A DNA stretch of 64,000 nt. It comes from Eledone cirrhosa. Lineage: Eukaryota. Shown piece by piece: positions 37,548-51,717 of the stretch. Under the pieces are notes generated by a model. It made no database searches. It had not been told where the DNA came from and was given only the letters and a program-made list of their open reading frames with translations. A program made the translations under genes and the position numbers. Location of the stretch: positions 52,018,001 to 52,082,000 of the forward strand of contig OZ024748.1 in the NCBI GenBank assembly GCA_964016885.1. Direction: 5' to 3'. How positions within the stretch are numbered: the stretch's first letter is position 1; every line of letters begins with the position of its first letter.

Positions 37548-39222
37548 TGTGTGTGTGTGTATATATATAAGTAGATATACATACATACATATGTATATAT
37601 ATCAAAGGTATATATTGAGTTAGAAACTCAAAATAGTCTTTTACAATAAAATAGCTCTAAGAAAGAGAATTTTTCTGAGCCGTATATTATAATTGTATAT
37701 AAAAGAAAAACGAACACAGATATATACATATATGTGTTCAAATCGCAAGGGACCAGATTCGCTAAGGTGAAAAGAATACTAACTATAGACAATAGGGTTT
37801 TCCTGATTCAATTTTAAGAATAAATCAAGAAAATAAATACCAACCGGAATTTTCTTTTATATTCAATTATATATATATATATGTAGATATACATATATAT
37901 GTATTTTACCAGTCTAGCAGTCGAGTCTATCATTGTGAAGTCCAAAGTAAATAGGTTGCAATTGACCAAGTATATTCAGAAATGAAGGGAGCGGAAAAAT
38001 TGATAAATTAATTAGTCAATTTTCAAAAACTCTAGGTCATAGCCAAAGTTAGTCTGAACATGTTACTCAAAGGACCACAGGTTACCAGTTGATACACCCC
38101 ACCAACATCCACATATCAATGAAAATCATATTAAGGTAGACATGTAGGTAACAAATTATATATTCTAGGTAACCTCCATGGTGTTAAAAATTATGAGTGA
38201 GAAGTTGCACATTTTCAAACTTAGAAAAAAACATAGTCAGGAAAAATAGGTGTTTAGTTGGAGTTATTTCTGAGATTTAATTAAATTAAACTAATTTAAA
38301 TTAAAATTAAAATAAATTAAAAATAGATTAAAACCGCAGCTGTTATTGAATCTAGGGGTCATTGAATATTATATAATATATTATATATGGAATGTTCTAT
38401 GCGGTGTAGTACAATATAATATATATACAATCAATTGCCATGAGGTGAGATACCAAAGAGTAAGTAAGTAAGTAATAATAACATACCAAAAATATATAGA
38501 GGTGTAACATATAACAGGAAGTGTAAATATAAAAACATAAAGAAGAAATAAATACAACAGATACCATATAAATATAATGCAAAGAAATACAGTATAAATA
38601 TAACACAAATATAATATATAAATAAACAAAAAAATGTAAACAGAAATATGGTGTTGGTGTAGACAAGACACTAAACTAAATGTTCCATACTTTAAAGCGG
38701 AAAGGTGAAAAAAATCATATAACCAGCGTTTGTCAGATTATATTCTGGTCTATATGGGAGTAGCTAGCCAAGTACGATTGGGTCCAAAGTATGAGACAGG
38801 CTAAGTTTCCATAGTTCCTCAGTACTAGATGCTCTGCTAGTTTCGTTATGGCTTATGTTTTTCATTACATCAAAAGTGCTCAACTATTGATTACAAAGGG
38901 ATAAAACTGGTGGTTCTAGTTGATAAACCGTGATGCTTCAAATTAATTAAAGCATTCAACGTTATGCAAGTCATCCAACGTATATATATATATATATATA
39001 TATATGAGTGTGTGTCTGTCTAACCCATGCTAGCGTGGAAGATAGACATTAAACGAAGATGATGTTGATGATGATATATATATATATATATATATATATA
39101 CAGTATATATATATATAAAAATATTGATTAATACATGAAGTAATTAATCATAGTGTCTGAAAAGCGTATAGGTTAATCAAAGGTTGGTAATGCACCTATG
39201 TATATGTATTTGTATGTATATA

Positions 39223-39307
<85 letters not shown>

Positions 39308-39559
39308 ATACATAAATATATACATATATATACATATATATATATATAAACAGAAAACATGAATTGAATTGCAACATCACAACTAGTAATTAAAAACAAA
39401 ATGAAAACATACAGACACACACAAAAACCAAACTAACAAAGCAAATCAGACACACAGATAGAACAAACAACTAAATAGTGACAAGTAATTAAACACAGAA
39501 ATAAATAAATAAAAACACACACACATGGATGTAACACATGCGCAAACTAAGCACACAAC

Positions 39560-39785
39560 ACACAAAAACAAGATGGTGTAAGACAGAACAAAGGAGAAAC
39601 ACAAAATAAAAACCTAGTCATTGAGGAGGTCACAGAATGTGTGATGAAAGAGCTTTGACAATATATAAACAACCATCCGGTTATCGAACCAGCCAACTAA
39701 CTGGAAATCTACAATAAATTGAAGTGAAAACCAACAGCTGCGTGTGTTTTTATTGGCAGCATGTCCCTCCCAAAGTATAACAACA
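39560..39785 (+). mobile_element. Family D short element with a mutated hammerhead (TTGAGGA)
   Basis: Homologous to 44400-44640; ends CCTCCCAAAGTATAACAA. Confidence 0.75.
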
Positions 39786-39831
39786 CATATATATATGTGT
39801 GTGTTTATATATATATATATATATATATATA

Positions 39832-40305
39832 TCATCATCATCATCATCACTGTTTTATGTCCGTTCTTCCACGCTAGCATGGGTTAGACGGGTTGTCCTG
39901 TTGTGGTCAGTGTCCGGTCAACTGACCATGTCTTGCTCATACAAGAACTGATTCTGGCTTGATTTCTACAGCTGGATGCCCTTCCTAACACCAACCTCAT
40001 TTACAGTGAGTGCTGGGTGCTTTATTTCCGTGGCACCTCCACATCCACTTTACAGTGTGGGCTGGGTGCTTTTTTGTCGTGGCACCTCCACGACCACTTT
40101 GCAGTGGGAGGGTATGGGTGCATATTGTCTATATGCTTCAGCTTCGGCTTGTGCCCGTGGGGGGGGCGGGTCTTCTGTATTACTGCGTGACACCAGAGGT
40201 CACGGTCGTGTGTCATCGCCTTTGAGAGGTGTAATTGGGTAAGGTCGGTTTTTATCACCTCATCCCAGGTCTTCTTGGGTCTCCCCACTCCGCGGTTTCC
40301 ATCAA
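39832..40305 (-). mobile_element. RTE 3' end with UTR and (GAT)n tail
   Basis: GRPKKTWDEVIKTDLTQLHLSKAMTHDRDLWCHAVIQKTR, matching the 24960-25080 element. Confidence 0.85.
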
Positions 40306-40317
40306 CATATATATATA

Positions 40318-40495
40318 TATCATTTTCATCATCATTTCATTTTACGTCCGCTTTTTCCCTGCTTGCAAGGGTGGGACGGGAACTGATTCTGGCTTGATTT
40401 CTACAGCTGGATGCCCTTCCTAACACCAACCTCATTTACAGTGAGTGCTGGGTGCTTTTTTGCCGTGGCACCTCCACGACCACTTTGCAGTGGAT
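40318..40495 (-). mobile_element. SINE B / RTE-tail 3' fragment
   Basis: Reverse complement of the family B 3' half. Confidence 0.85.
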
Positions 40496-40529
40496 CATTT
40501 CTACAGCTGTATATATATCATCTCATTTC

Positions 40530-40568
<39 letters not shown>

Positions 40569-40922
40569 TAATACAGGTATACAGGCTTTTTAATGAAGAA
40601 CTTCATTCCATGTGGTGAAGATTTGCTTTGTAAGAATGAAACAACTATATGTTGCACAGTAGAAATAGACCAATAGACCTCTTTCATGTAGCAATATAGT
40701 GATAGAAGAGGAATGATTCTTTTCATAAATACAATATAAGGTACTAACTTTTAACTAGGTTTCAACCTTCACCCTATATCTTCTCTACTACATATGACAA
40801 ACTAGTGAATTCTTTTAATACTACCGCACAGGGAAAATGATATGTCACACAAATGATACAAATCATTCTATACATAGACACATATACATGTGTGTGTATG
40901 TTTTTACATATATATATGTGTG

Positions 40923-40995
<73 letters not shown>

Positions 40996-41087
40996 GGAAA
41001 AAATGAAACAAAATTTCATTTCTCACTCTTAGTACGGATGTTACTTAAATATAAGTATGTATACGTACATATGTACGTATACATACT

Positions 41088-41175
<88 letters not shown>

Positions 41176-41356
41176 ATATATAGCGGGGAAAATGGATGTT
41201 AAGTGATGATGATATATATATATACATATATAAATATATATATATATCATGAATGTGTGTAGATATATATATATATATATATATATATATCATGAATGTG
41301 TGTGTATATATATATATATATATAGGTATATATGTCTATATATATATATATATATA

Positions 41357-41428
<72 letters not shown>

Positions 41429-41851
41429 TATATATATATATATAGACATATATACCTATATATATATATATATATATCATCATTTAACATCCATATATAT
41501 ATATGCACACATATATTCTCTCACATACATAGATACACACATACTCATATGCACTGGTATATTTTTTTTTGTGCATCAGATAGAGTGAAAGATATTCTGT
41601 ACTTCATAAAATTTATTACTACTATAAAGTTATAATTTAATAATTATGAATATATGTATTTATGTATAATATATGAATGCAAGAATATATGTGTGTGTAT
41701 ATATATATATATATAAGCTTTAAAGATGTATCGACATACATTTATTAACATACATGTGTGTGTATATCATCATCATCACCGTTTTACGTCCGTTCTTCCA
41801 TGCTACCATGGTATATTGATGTCATGTATCTATATGGATGTATATATATAT

Positions 41852-41888
<37 letters not shown>

Positions 41889-41899
41889 AATATATATAA

Positions 41900-41997
<98 letters not shown>

Positions 41998-42040
41998 TTA
42001 TATATATTTATATATATATATACATATATATTTATATATT

Positions 42041-42153
<113 letters not shown>

Positions 42154-43039
42154 ATATATATGTATGTATGTATTTGTGTGTGTGTGTATGTGAGCATGTG
42201 TGTGTGTATATAGACACATGTGTGCCATTCATGATAGAAATCAATATATACATTTTTCTGTTATATGCTGTAGCCTATTTTCGAAAGGTCTTTAGTCTGC
42301 CCCAAAATGTCACAGAATGATTTAAAGTTTTATTTCTGGCTTCCGTCTACAACATCTCCAAGTAAGACATATCTTTTTGTACCTCTCAATATCTTAATTT
42401 TTCTACTTTATAGTTTTCTTTTTCTCAGTGTGTATGGGTGTGTACATTTGATTTAATTTCATCATAAATGCCTATTAACATTTTATTGTATCTTCTTCTT
42501 TTGTCTTTTTACCTTTAAATTTTCCTGTTTTTTTTCCTTCCTTCATCGTTTTTGTCTGTCTTCACTTAAATACATTTATGTCTATCTACCAGAGGAATTT
42601 TAACTTCTGATTGATATCCTGTCTATCACTTGATAATTTCATCTTTTCATTCTTTATTTATTTCCATAATTGCCTCGTTCTTTCCTTTGTTGACCTCATC
42701 TCATTTTTTTTTTTTCTTAAATTCTTTCTTTAATATTAATTCCATTTGAACAAGTACAGACCCAATTATTTAAGTTTTAGCAAATGTAATATATACCTCT
42801 TTCAAAATCAGTTTATTACAAGTACTTATATTTATTTTTGTTAAGTTTGGAAGATGGTTTGTTCCCATTGTCTGCAACAAACAGGGCAAGTATCGTTCTA
42901 ACATTGCCTCATATTGAAATAAGATTTTCAACAGAAATTGGGAAGACAAAATTGATGTGGAAGCCCACCTGATGGAGGTACTTGACAGAGGTGGTAAATT
43001 GTAGTTTTTCACCATTGTGACCACAGTAAAATATTCCTT

Positions 43040-43790
43040 ACAAAGTCTCTCCATAATTCAGGATTTCCCGTTGCTCTTGGTAACTGCTCCCTAATGAGGT
43101 TTGTATTGTCTGAGAGTTGATTGATGAATGTTCTAGCATGTGTCTCCCATGAGTTGGTTCCCACAATAGTAATTTGTGTATAACTTCCTGCTTACTTCTC
43201 CAGCAATGCCCTGCAAATCATAACCATTTTTTAGCAATTGCTGTTGTTATCTTGGGCAAGTTTTCATATAAACGTTCATTTGTAATACATTGATGCTAGT
43301 TTATGTTTTGTACAACCCTAAGTATTTTAGTGTACATACCATCTAGTTACTTCTCAAGTGCTTGTGCTAGGGTCCATAAACCTGATTCATACAACAACAC
43401 TGACTACATAGCTATTCTAAAGAATGGTATTTTGATTTTTCTAGGTAGATCTAACATCTATATGCTTTCCATTTTATTCATTGCAGACGAGACTTTGGAA
43501 ATTCTAATGTCAATGTCCTATTTTGATAAACTTATCCAGCTGTTAAAATATAGAAAATCATCAACTCGTTTTAGTATTCCACTATCCAGTGATTTAATGA
43601 TATCTACATTGTTTTAGTAATATTTATGTGTCGACCAAATTCCCTGGGAGAGATTTCGACTTTATGAAGTTTTTGAGCATGATTAATGGTATTTTTATAG
43701 AAGAGCTATGTCATTAGAAAAATCTGCATCACATAAAACAGTTGTTGGGTTTTGCTTACTTCTCTTTGCATCAGTTATTAGAATGTTGAA
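43040..43790 (-). mobile_element. Old RTE/RTEX-like LINE remnant
   Basis: Manual translation gives DADFSNDIALL (FADD-like), LKRVDDFLYFNSWI and NERLYENLPKITT..FAGHCWRSKQEVIHKLLLWEPTHGR, with stops and frameshifts. Confidence 0.75.
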
Positions 43791-44370
43791 CTAAATGATT
43801 CACAGCATTTGTCCTGGCTCTCTGTACACTAAATTCAAATTCCAATCAGTTCAACTACAGTTCAACAACACCTATTATATTTTTGAGACCAATAAATTAA
43901 GTACCATGCCAGTACTATACTCAATTCTTCCTCTATACATTTTTCTCACTCCTCTCTTTCTCTAAAGGAAATTGGCTGTGTAGAAAGCTAGAGAAGGTTG
44001 GGTTCCACCAGGTATAAATGCCCCCCAAATTCCATATATCTCTACAGTGCTCCTACACATCCATCAGTAGTTAATAGCCCATGATATGGCATGAAAATCT
44101 GTAAAAACATTCTTACAATTCAAAGGATAAATGATTGCACAAAGGACAATGAACATTTCTTGTTAGGACATCATTCTAGAAGGAAACCTCTGATGTAAAA
44201 CCTGCGACTCAATGGCTGCCAAAGATGTTGACCTGTTCTTCTTTTTGGATACCTGTCACCTCTCCATCTGAAGTTAAGGGCCAAAAATAAAGCATGACAT
44301 ATATATTAACAGTAAATCTCCCAAAACACAATATATACAGCTTGGCGCCACGGTTGGGATTTTACATAAA

Positions 44371-44399
<29 letters not shown>

Positions 44400-44402
<3 letters not shown>

Positions 44403-44640
44403 CAACACACAAAAAACAAGATGGTGTAGGACAGAACAAAGGAGAGACACACAAAATAAAAACCTAGTCACTGAGGAGGTCACAGAATGTGTGACGAAAG
44501 AGCTTTGACAATATATAAACAATCTTCTGGTTATCGAACCAACCAACCAACCAGCCAACCAACTCAATAAATTGAAGTGAAAGCTAACAGGTGCATGTGT
44601 TTTTAGTGGCAACATGACCCTCCCAAAGTATAACAATATA
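44400..44640 (+). mobile_element. Family D short hammerhead-bearing element
   Basis: (TA)n-flanked; homologous to 39560-39785 and 60575-60748. Confidence 0.8.
44467..44509 (+). ncRNA. Minimal type I hammerhead ribozyme
   Basis: gtca-CTGAGGA(44471-44477)-g-gtcaca gaatg tgtgac-GAAA-gagc-TT-tgac; cleavage after 44505. Confidence 0.78.
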
Positions 44641-44652
44641 TATATATATATA

Positions 44653-44841
44653 TAATTGTTTCTACTTTAGGCACAAGGCCAGCAATTACCCATTGCATGA
44701 CTGGTACTTTATTTTATCGACCCCGTAAGGATGAAAGGCAAAGTCAACCTCGGCGGGATTTGAACTCAGATCGTAAAGGGACGTAACTATGCTGGAAAGC
44801 ATGGCGTCCGACCTTCTACCGATACTGCCAATCCACCGCCC
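44653..44841 (-). mobile_element. SINE family A, full length
   Basis: Reverse complement of the consensus, ending CCAATCCACCGCCC. Confidence 0.92.
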
Positions 44842-44987
44842 TTCATTAGGAATTTTACCCAACAGATTGAAAGTATTTGAAAACAATGATATGTGTAATT
44901 CCTTGTAAATAATAACACATTTTAAAATTAATTTCTATAAAATGTATATAAGTATACATAAATTAAAGGCTTATTGACATATATATA

Positions 44988-45162
44988 AATCATCATTATC
45001 ACTGTTCTTCCATGCCATCATGGGTTAGAGGGGTTGTCCTGTTGTGAGCAGTGTCTGGTCGGCTGACCATGCACTGCTCAGACAGGAACATTTCTTGTTA
45101 GGACATCATTCTAGAAGGAAACCTCTGATACAGGAACTGATTTTGGCTTGATTTCTACAGCT
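44988..45162 (-). mobile_element. RTE 3' UTR fragment with a short foreign insertion
   Basis: Matches 39832-39972 apart from the insert at 45090-45137. Confidence 0.75.
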
Positions 45163-45188
45163 ATATATATTTATAGAGAGAGAGAGGG

Positions 45189-45245
<57 letters not shown>

Positions 45246-45249
<4 letters not shown>

Positions 45250-45586
45250 CACATGGCTTAGTGGTTACAGCATTGGCCTTGCAATCGAAAGGTTGTGGGT
45301 TCAATTCTCAGACCAGGTGATGTGTTGTTTCCTTGGGCAAGACACTTTATTTCACATTGCTCCAGTTCACTCAGCTGTAGAAATGGGTGGAATGATAGGG
45401 ACCCCATTCCCTATCATTCCACTGCAAAGTGGTCGTGGAGGTGCCATGGCAAAAAAAAGCACCCAGGACTCACCGTAAATGAGGTTGGTGTTAGGAAGGG
45501 CATCCAGCTGTAGAAATCAAGCCAGAATCAGTCCCCATCCCACCCTTGCAAGCAGGGAAAAGCGGACGTAAAAGTGATGATGATGA
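45246..45586 (+). mobile_element. SINE family B, full length
   Basis: GAGGCACATGGCTTAGTGG..GGTTCAATTC..CCTTGGGCAAGACACTT..(GAT)n. Confidence 0.92.
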
Positions 45587-46183
45587 TATATATATATATA
45601 TATATAATCTTTGTGTGTGTGTATACAATACACAGGCATATCAGAGAACAACTTAACAGCTTTTATGCTCATAAATATTGGCTTTCATTGTGAGACAATA
45701 TTTCACAGCCTTTCTTGGTGCCAACCATTTTAGTCACCTCTTACAACATTTAAGGATACAGTGTTCCTATTGTAAACCAGATACATTCAGTAAAAACAGA
45801 AACTGTTGAAGCTAATATTTAAACCAGATTTCAAAAATTCTACCAAATTTATTTCAACTGAAATAAAACTTTGTTTTGATTATATTTTTATTCTTTGATA
45901 TAATCTTTTTTTTTTTTTCCGGAAATTTGCTTGAATATTCCATATTGAAATTCAAACTTGTTCTATTGGGTATGTCATATGTTAACCAAGTTACAAAGAA
46001 CATGAAAAACTAAATTCTACCGAATTCAATTTACACACATAAGTAGAGAAGCAATATCTGATGTCTGTGGTAGTTAATAAGGCAAACTACATGAAAATAT
46101 TGGTTCTATATGGAGAAGATAAATACTTTCATTCATAAAGGTACATGACAATTGAACAGCTTTCAGATATTGGGGAATATATA

Positions 46184-46655
46184 TCATCATCATCATATAT
46201 TATCATCATCACCACCACCAAGACCATCACTACCATCATCATCATCATCATAACCACTACCACTGCTCCCACCACCAAGATCACCACCCCCACGACCAGC
46301 ACCATCATCATCAACACCATTATCACCACCACCACCACCACCACCACCACCACCACCACCACCACCACCACCACCACCACTGCCACCAAGACCACTACCA
46401 TCATCATCACCACTACCACTGCCACCACCACCACCACCACCACTGCCAGCACCACCGCCACCAAGACTACTACCATCATCATCACCACCACCACCATGAC
46501 CACCCCTATCATGATCAACATCACTGCCACCACCACCAAGACCACCACCATCATCATCATCACCAACACCATCACTGCCACCACCACCACCACCACCATC
46601 TCCACAACCACCATCATCACCACCACCACTAACCACCTCCCCCATCATCATCATT
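46184..46655. repeat. (CAC/CAT)n tract
   Basis: Direct reading. Confidence 0.92.
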
Positions 46656-46850
46656 ATTCTTTTTATGTCTATTTTACCATGCTTGCAACGGTTGATCAGG
46701 TCCTTTTCATCACAGCATCTCTCCACTCATCTCATACCCCTTCATCGTGATCTCCTCCCTGAGTTTCAGCAATTTGAGATCAACTCTCACCATTCTTCCC
46801 AGGTCTTTCTTGGTCTACTTCTACTGCAGTTTCCTACCACATGTATCTAG
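46643..46850 (-). mobile_element. RTE 3' end remnant
   Basis: Minus strand encodes HVVGNCSRSRPRKTWEE, followed by a UTR ending in a (GAT)n tail. Confidence 0.75.
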
Positions 46851-49800
46851 AAAATTCCTCCTTGGTCCAATGCTACTGCAGCTTCTCACCACATGTGTCT
46901 AGAAAATCTTCCTTGGTCCACCTCTACTGCAGCTTCCAACCATATGTGTACCACATGTGTGTAGAAACTCTTCCTTGGTTTACCTCTACTGCAGCTTCTG
47001 ACCACATGTGTGTAGTAAATATTCCTTGGTCTACCTCTATTGCAGTTTCCTACCACATGTATTTACAAAATCATCCTTGGTCTACCTCTACTGCAGTTTC
47101 CTACCACATGTGTTTAGAAAATCATCCTTGATCTACCTCTAGTGCAGTTTCCTACCACATGTGTTTAGAAAATCATCCTTGGTCTACCTCTATTGCAGTT
47201 TCCTACCACATGTGTTTACAAAAACACCCTTGGTCTACCTCTACTGCAGTTTCCTACCACATGTGTTTACAAAATCACCCTTGGTCTACCTCTACTGCAG
47301 TTTCCTACCACATGTGTTTACAAAATCATCCTTGGTCTACCTCTACTGCAGCTTCCTACCACATGTGTTTACAAAATCACCCTTGGTCTATCTCTACTGC
47401 AGTTTCCTACCACATGTGTTTACAAAATCACCCTTGGTCTACCTCTACTGCAGTTTCCTACCACATGTGTTTAGAAAATCATCCTTGGTCTACCTCTACT
47501 GCAGCTTCCTACCACATGTGTTTAGAAAATCACCCTTGGTCTATCTATACTGCAGTTTCCTACCACATGTGTTTACAAAATCATCCTTGGTCTACCTCTA
47601 CTGCAGTTTCCTACCACATGTGTTTAGAAAATCATCCTTGGTCTACCTCTACTGCAGTTTCCTACCACATGTGTTTAGAAAATCATCCTTGGTCTACCTC
47701 TACTGCAGTTTCCTACCACATGTGTTTACAAAATTACCCTTGGTCTACCTCTACTGCAGTTTTCTACCACCTGTGTTTAGAAAATCATCCTTGGTCTACC
47801 TCTACTGCAGTTTCCTACCACATGTGTTTACAAAATCATCCTTGGTCTACCTCTACTGCAGTTTCCTACCACATGTGTTTACAAAATCATCCTTGGTCTA
47901 CCTCTACTGCAGTTTCCTACCACATGTGTTTACAAAATCATCCTTGGTCTACCTCTACTGCAGTTTTCTACCACCTGTGTTTAGAAAATCATCCTTGGTC
48001 TACCTCTACTGCAGTTTCCTACCACATGTGTTTACAAAATCATCCTTGGTCTACCTCTACTGCAGTTTCCTACCACATGTGTTTACAAAATCATCCTTGG
48101 TCTACCTCTACTGCAGTTTCCTACCACATGTGTTTACAAAATCATCCTTGGTCTACCTCTACTGCAGTTTTCTACCACCTGTGTTTAGAAAATCATCCTT
48201 GGTCTACCTCTACTGCAGTTTCCTACCACATGTGTTTACAAAATCATCCTTGGTCTACCTCTACTGCAGTTTCCTACCACATGTGTTTACAAAATCATCC
48301 TTGGTCTACCTCTACTGCAGTTTCCTACCACATGTGTTTACAAAATCATCCTTGGTCTACCTCTACTGCAGTTTCCTACCACATGTGTTTACAAAATCAT
48401 CCTTGGTCTACCTCTACTGCAGTTTCCTACCACATGTGTTTACAAAATCATCCTTGGTCTACCTCTACTGCAGTTTTCTACCACCTGTGTTTAGAAAATC
48501 ATCCTTGGTCTACCTCTACTGCAGTTTCCTACCACATGTGTTTACAAAATCATCCTTGGTCTACCTCTACTGCAGTTTCCTACCACATGTGTTTACAAAA
48601 TCATCCTTGGTCTACCTCTACTGCAGTTTCCTACCACATGTGTTTACAAAATCATCCTTGGTCTACCTCTACTGCAGTTTCCTACCACATGTGTTTACAA
48701 AATCATCCTTGGTCTACCTCTACTGCAGTTTCCTACCACATGTGTTTACAAAATCATCCTTGGTCTACCTCTACTGCAGTTTCCTACCACATGTGTTTAC
48801 AAAATCATCCTTGGTCTACCTCTACTGCAGTTTCCTACCACATGTGTTTACAAAATCATCCTTGGTCTACCTCTACTGCAGTTTCCTACCACATGTGTTT
48901 ACAAAATCATCCTTGGTCTACCTCTACTGCAGTTTCCTACCACATGTGTTTACAAAATCATCCTTGGTCTACCTCTACTGCAGTTTCCTACCACATGTGT
49001 TTACAAAATCATCCTTGGTCTACCTCTACTGCAGTTTCCTACCACATGTGTTTACAAAATCATCCTTGGTCTACCTCTACTGCAGTTTCCTACCACATGT
49101 GTTTAGAAAATCACCCTTGGTCTACCTCTACTGCAGTTTCCTACCACATGTGTTTACAAAATCATCCTTGGTCTACCTCTACTGCAGTTTCCTACCACAT
49201 GTGTTTACAAAATCATCCTTGGTCTACCTCTACTGCAGTTTCCTACCACATGTGTTTACAAAATCATCCTTGGTCTACCTCTACTGCAGTTTCCTACCAC
49301 ATGTGTTTAGAAAATCACCCTTGGTCTACCTCTACTGCAGTTTCCTACCACATGTGTTTACAAAATCATCCTTGGTCTACCTCTACTGCAGTTTCCTACC
49401 ACATGTGTTTACAAAATCATCCTTGGTCTACCTCTACTGCAGTTTCCTACCACATGTGTTTAGAAAATCACCCTTGGTCTACCTCTACTGCAGTTTCCTA
49501 CCACATGTGTTTACAAAATCATCCTTGGTCTACCTCTACTGCAGTTTCCTACCACATGTGTTTACAAAATCATCCTTGGTCTACCTCTACTGCAGTTTCC
49601 TACCACATGTGTTTACAAAATCATCCTTGGTCTACCTCTACTGCAGTTTCCTACCACATGTGTTTAGAAAATCACCCTTGGTCTACCTCTACTGCAGTTT
49701 CCTACCACATGTGTTTACAAAATCATCCTTGGTCTACCTCTACTGCAGTTTCCTACCACATGTGTTTACAAAATCATCCTTGGTCTACCTCTACTGCAGT

Positions 49801-50125
49801 TTCCTACCACATGTGTTTACAAAATCATCCTTGGTCTACCTCTACTGCAGTTTCCTACCACATGTGTTTAGAAAATCACCCTTGGTCTACCTCTACTGCA
49901 GTTTCCTACCACATGTGTTTACAAAATCATCCTTGGTCTACCTCTACTGCAGTTTCCTACCACATGTGTTTACAAAATCATCCTTGGTCTACCTCTACTG
50001 CAGTTTCCTACCACATGTGTTTACAAAATCATCCTTGGTCTACCTCTACTGCAGTTTCCTACCACATGTGTTTACAAAATCATCCTTGGTCTACCTCTAC
50101 TGCAGTTTTCTACCACCTGTGTGTT
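46808..50125. repeat. 51-bp satellite, about 65 copies
   Basis: Unit CTTGGTCTACCTCTACTGCAGTTTCCTACCACATGTGTTTACAAAATCATC; diverged at the left edge, homogeneous in the middle and right. Confidence 0.97.
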
Positions 50126-50665
50126 GAAAATTCTTTCACACTTATAGATATATATAATCTATATATGTGAAATGATACAGCTAAGTTAATGATGATGGTG
50201 ATGATGGTGATGATGGGGATGATGGTGATGGTGATGATATTGATAGTTTCTCTCAGATATTGCAAGCTGTAATAATTAGTAATCAAAGTATTTTTTTTAT
50301 ACTGACCACATGTGTGTGTGCATGTGTGTATATATATATATATGTGTGTGTCTGTGTGTGTGTGTGAATGCGTGTGTCTGTGTGTGAGTGTGTGTGTGTG
50401 TGTGTGTGTGCATCCATGTGTATATATATATGTGTTTGCGCATTTTTGTGTGTGTATGTGTGTCTGTGTATGAGAGTGCATGTAAATGTGTGTCTATGTG
50501 TGTATCTGTGTGTGTGTATGAATGTGTGCATATGCAGGAATATATTCATACCCGTAGTTTCATAACAACAGAATATCTCTCAGATCTTTGACGGCTGTAA
50601 TATTTAATAGTAGAAAATATATTCAAATATTGAACATATGTCATTTTATATATTTACAGGCCTGA

Positions 50666-50892
50666 GGGTGGTGTGTTGGCAGAGTGGTTAGAGTTTTGGA
50701 CATATACTTAGCAGTATTTATTCAGGGTTATCTTTACATTCTGGGTTTCATTCACACCAAGGTCGACCTTCACTTTCATCCTTCTGCAGTCAATAAAATA
50801 ATGTACCAGTCATATACTGGAGTCAATATAATCCATTTCCTCCTTGCCTCCTTTCTCACACAATTTGTTGGCCTTGTGCCTAAATTATGAAT
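50666..50892 (+). mobile_element. Older SINE related to family A
   Basis: TTGGCAGAGTGGTTAGAG..CTTTCATCCTT..GTCAATAAAATAATGTACCAGT..GGCCTTGTGCCTAAAT; a second 3' fragment at about 50962-51060. Confidence 0.7.
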
Positions 50893-51104
50893 CATTTTTT
50901 AAATTTTTATTTTCTAAGTTAAAGTCCTTCCAATGTCAGAATTAAATTTCATGCCTGTGAACTCGATAAAATAAAGTACCTGTCATATAATAGAGTCAAT
51001 GCAATCCACTCCCTCCCACTGCCCTCCTCTTCACTATTTATTGGCCTTGTGTCTAAATTATAAATTGAAATACTTTTTGTTAATGGTTTCAGTCCTTGGA
51101 CTCT

Positions 51105-51717
51105 AGCAACAACATTGGTCTTAGGTGTCGTCAGCAGTCAAGGTGACATCATGCCAGCTCACTTCTTCCCTGAGGGCCTCAAGCTGAACACTGATGGCTA
51201 CATCCACGTTCTGAGCGAGGTAGTAAAGCCCTGGATCGACCAGGTAGCTGCAGGTAGGCCGTACATGTGGCAGCAAGACTCAGCGCCCTGCCATACCAGC
51301 CGAAAGACCCAAGCCTGGCTGTCAGAGAACTTCGTTGACCAGACTTCCCCTGACATCTGACCTCCCAGCTCGCCTGACTGCAACGCCCTCAACTTCTTTG
51401 TGTGGGGCGCAGTGGAACAAGACACCAACAGATCTAGCTGCAATACGAAAGACGATCTGAAGGCCAGGATCACAAGTGCCTTAGGGGCTTAAGTCGGGGG
51501 ACAGTGACGAAGGCCTGTAGCCGGTTCCAAGGCCGACTTGAGGCCATCATCAAAGCCAATGGCGGGTTTATCGAGTGAGACAAACTGACCCAAGTTTGAT
51601 AACTGACCAAGTTTGATAACTGACCCAAGTTTGATAAATATATCTTAAAAAATAAAACTACTGTGTTATTTTTTCCTTGACAGTAATCTTGCGAACAGAT
51701 ATCGTCTACACCCTGTA
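51105..51717 (+). mobile_element. Tc1/mariner (maT, DD37D-type) transposon 3' remnant
   Basis: WQQDSAPCH..(stop)PPSSPDCNALNFFVWG..EAIIKANGGFIE*; 37 residues between the second D and the third catalytic position (now N); ends ACACCCTG-TA. Confidence 0.88.

Noticed and set aside
47159-50170. 1003-aa and 988-aa ORFs as a repeat protein, or the array as a CRISPR locus
   Set aside because: Both frames are open only because the 51-bp unit (a multiple of 3) lacks stops. There are no unique spacers or cas genes, and the unit derives from the antisense of an RTE.
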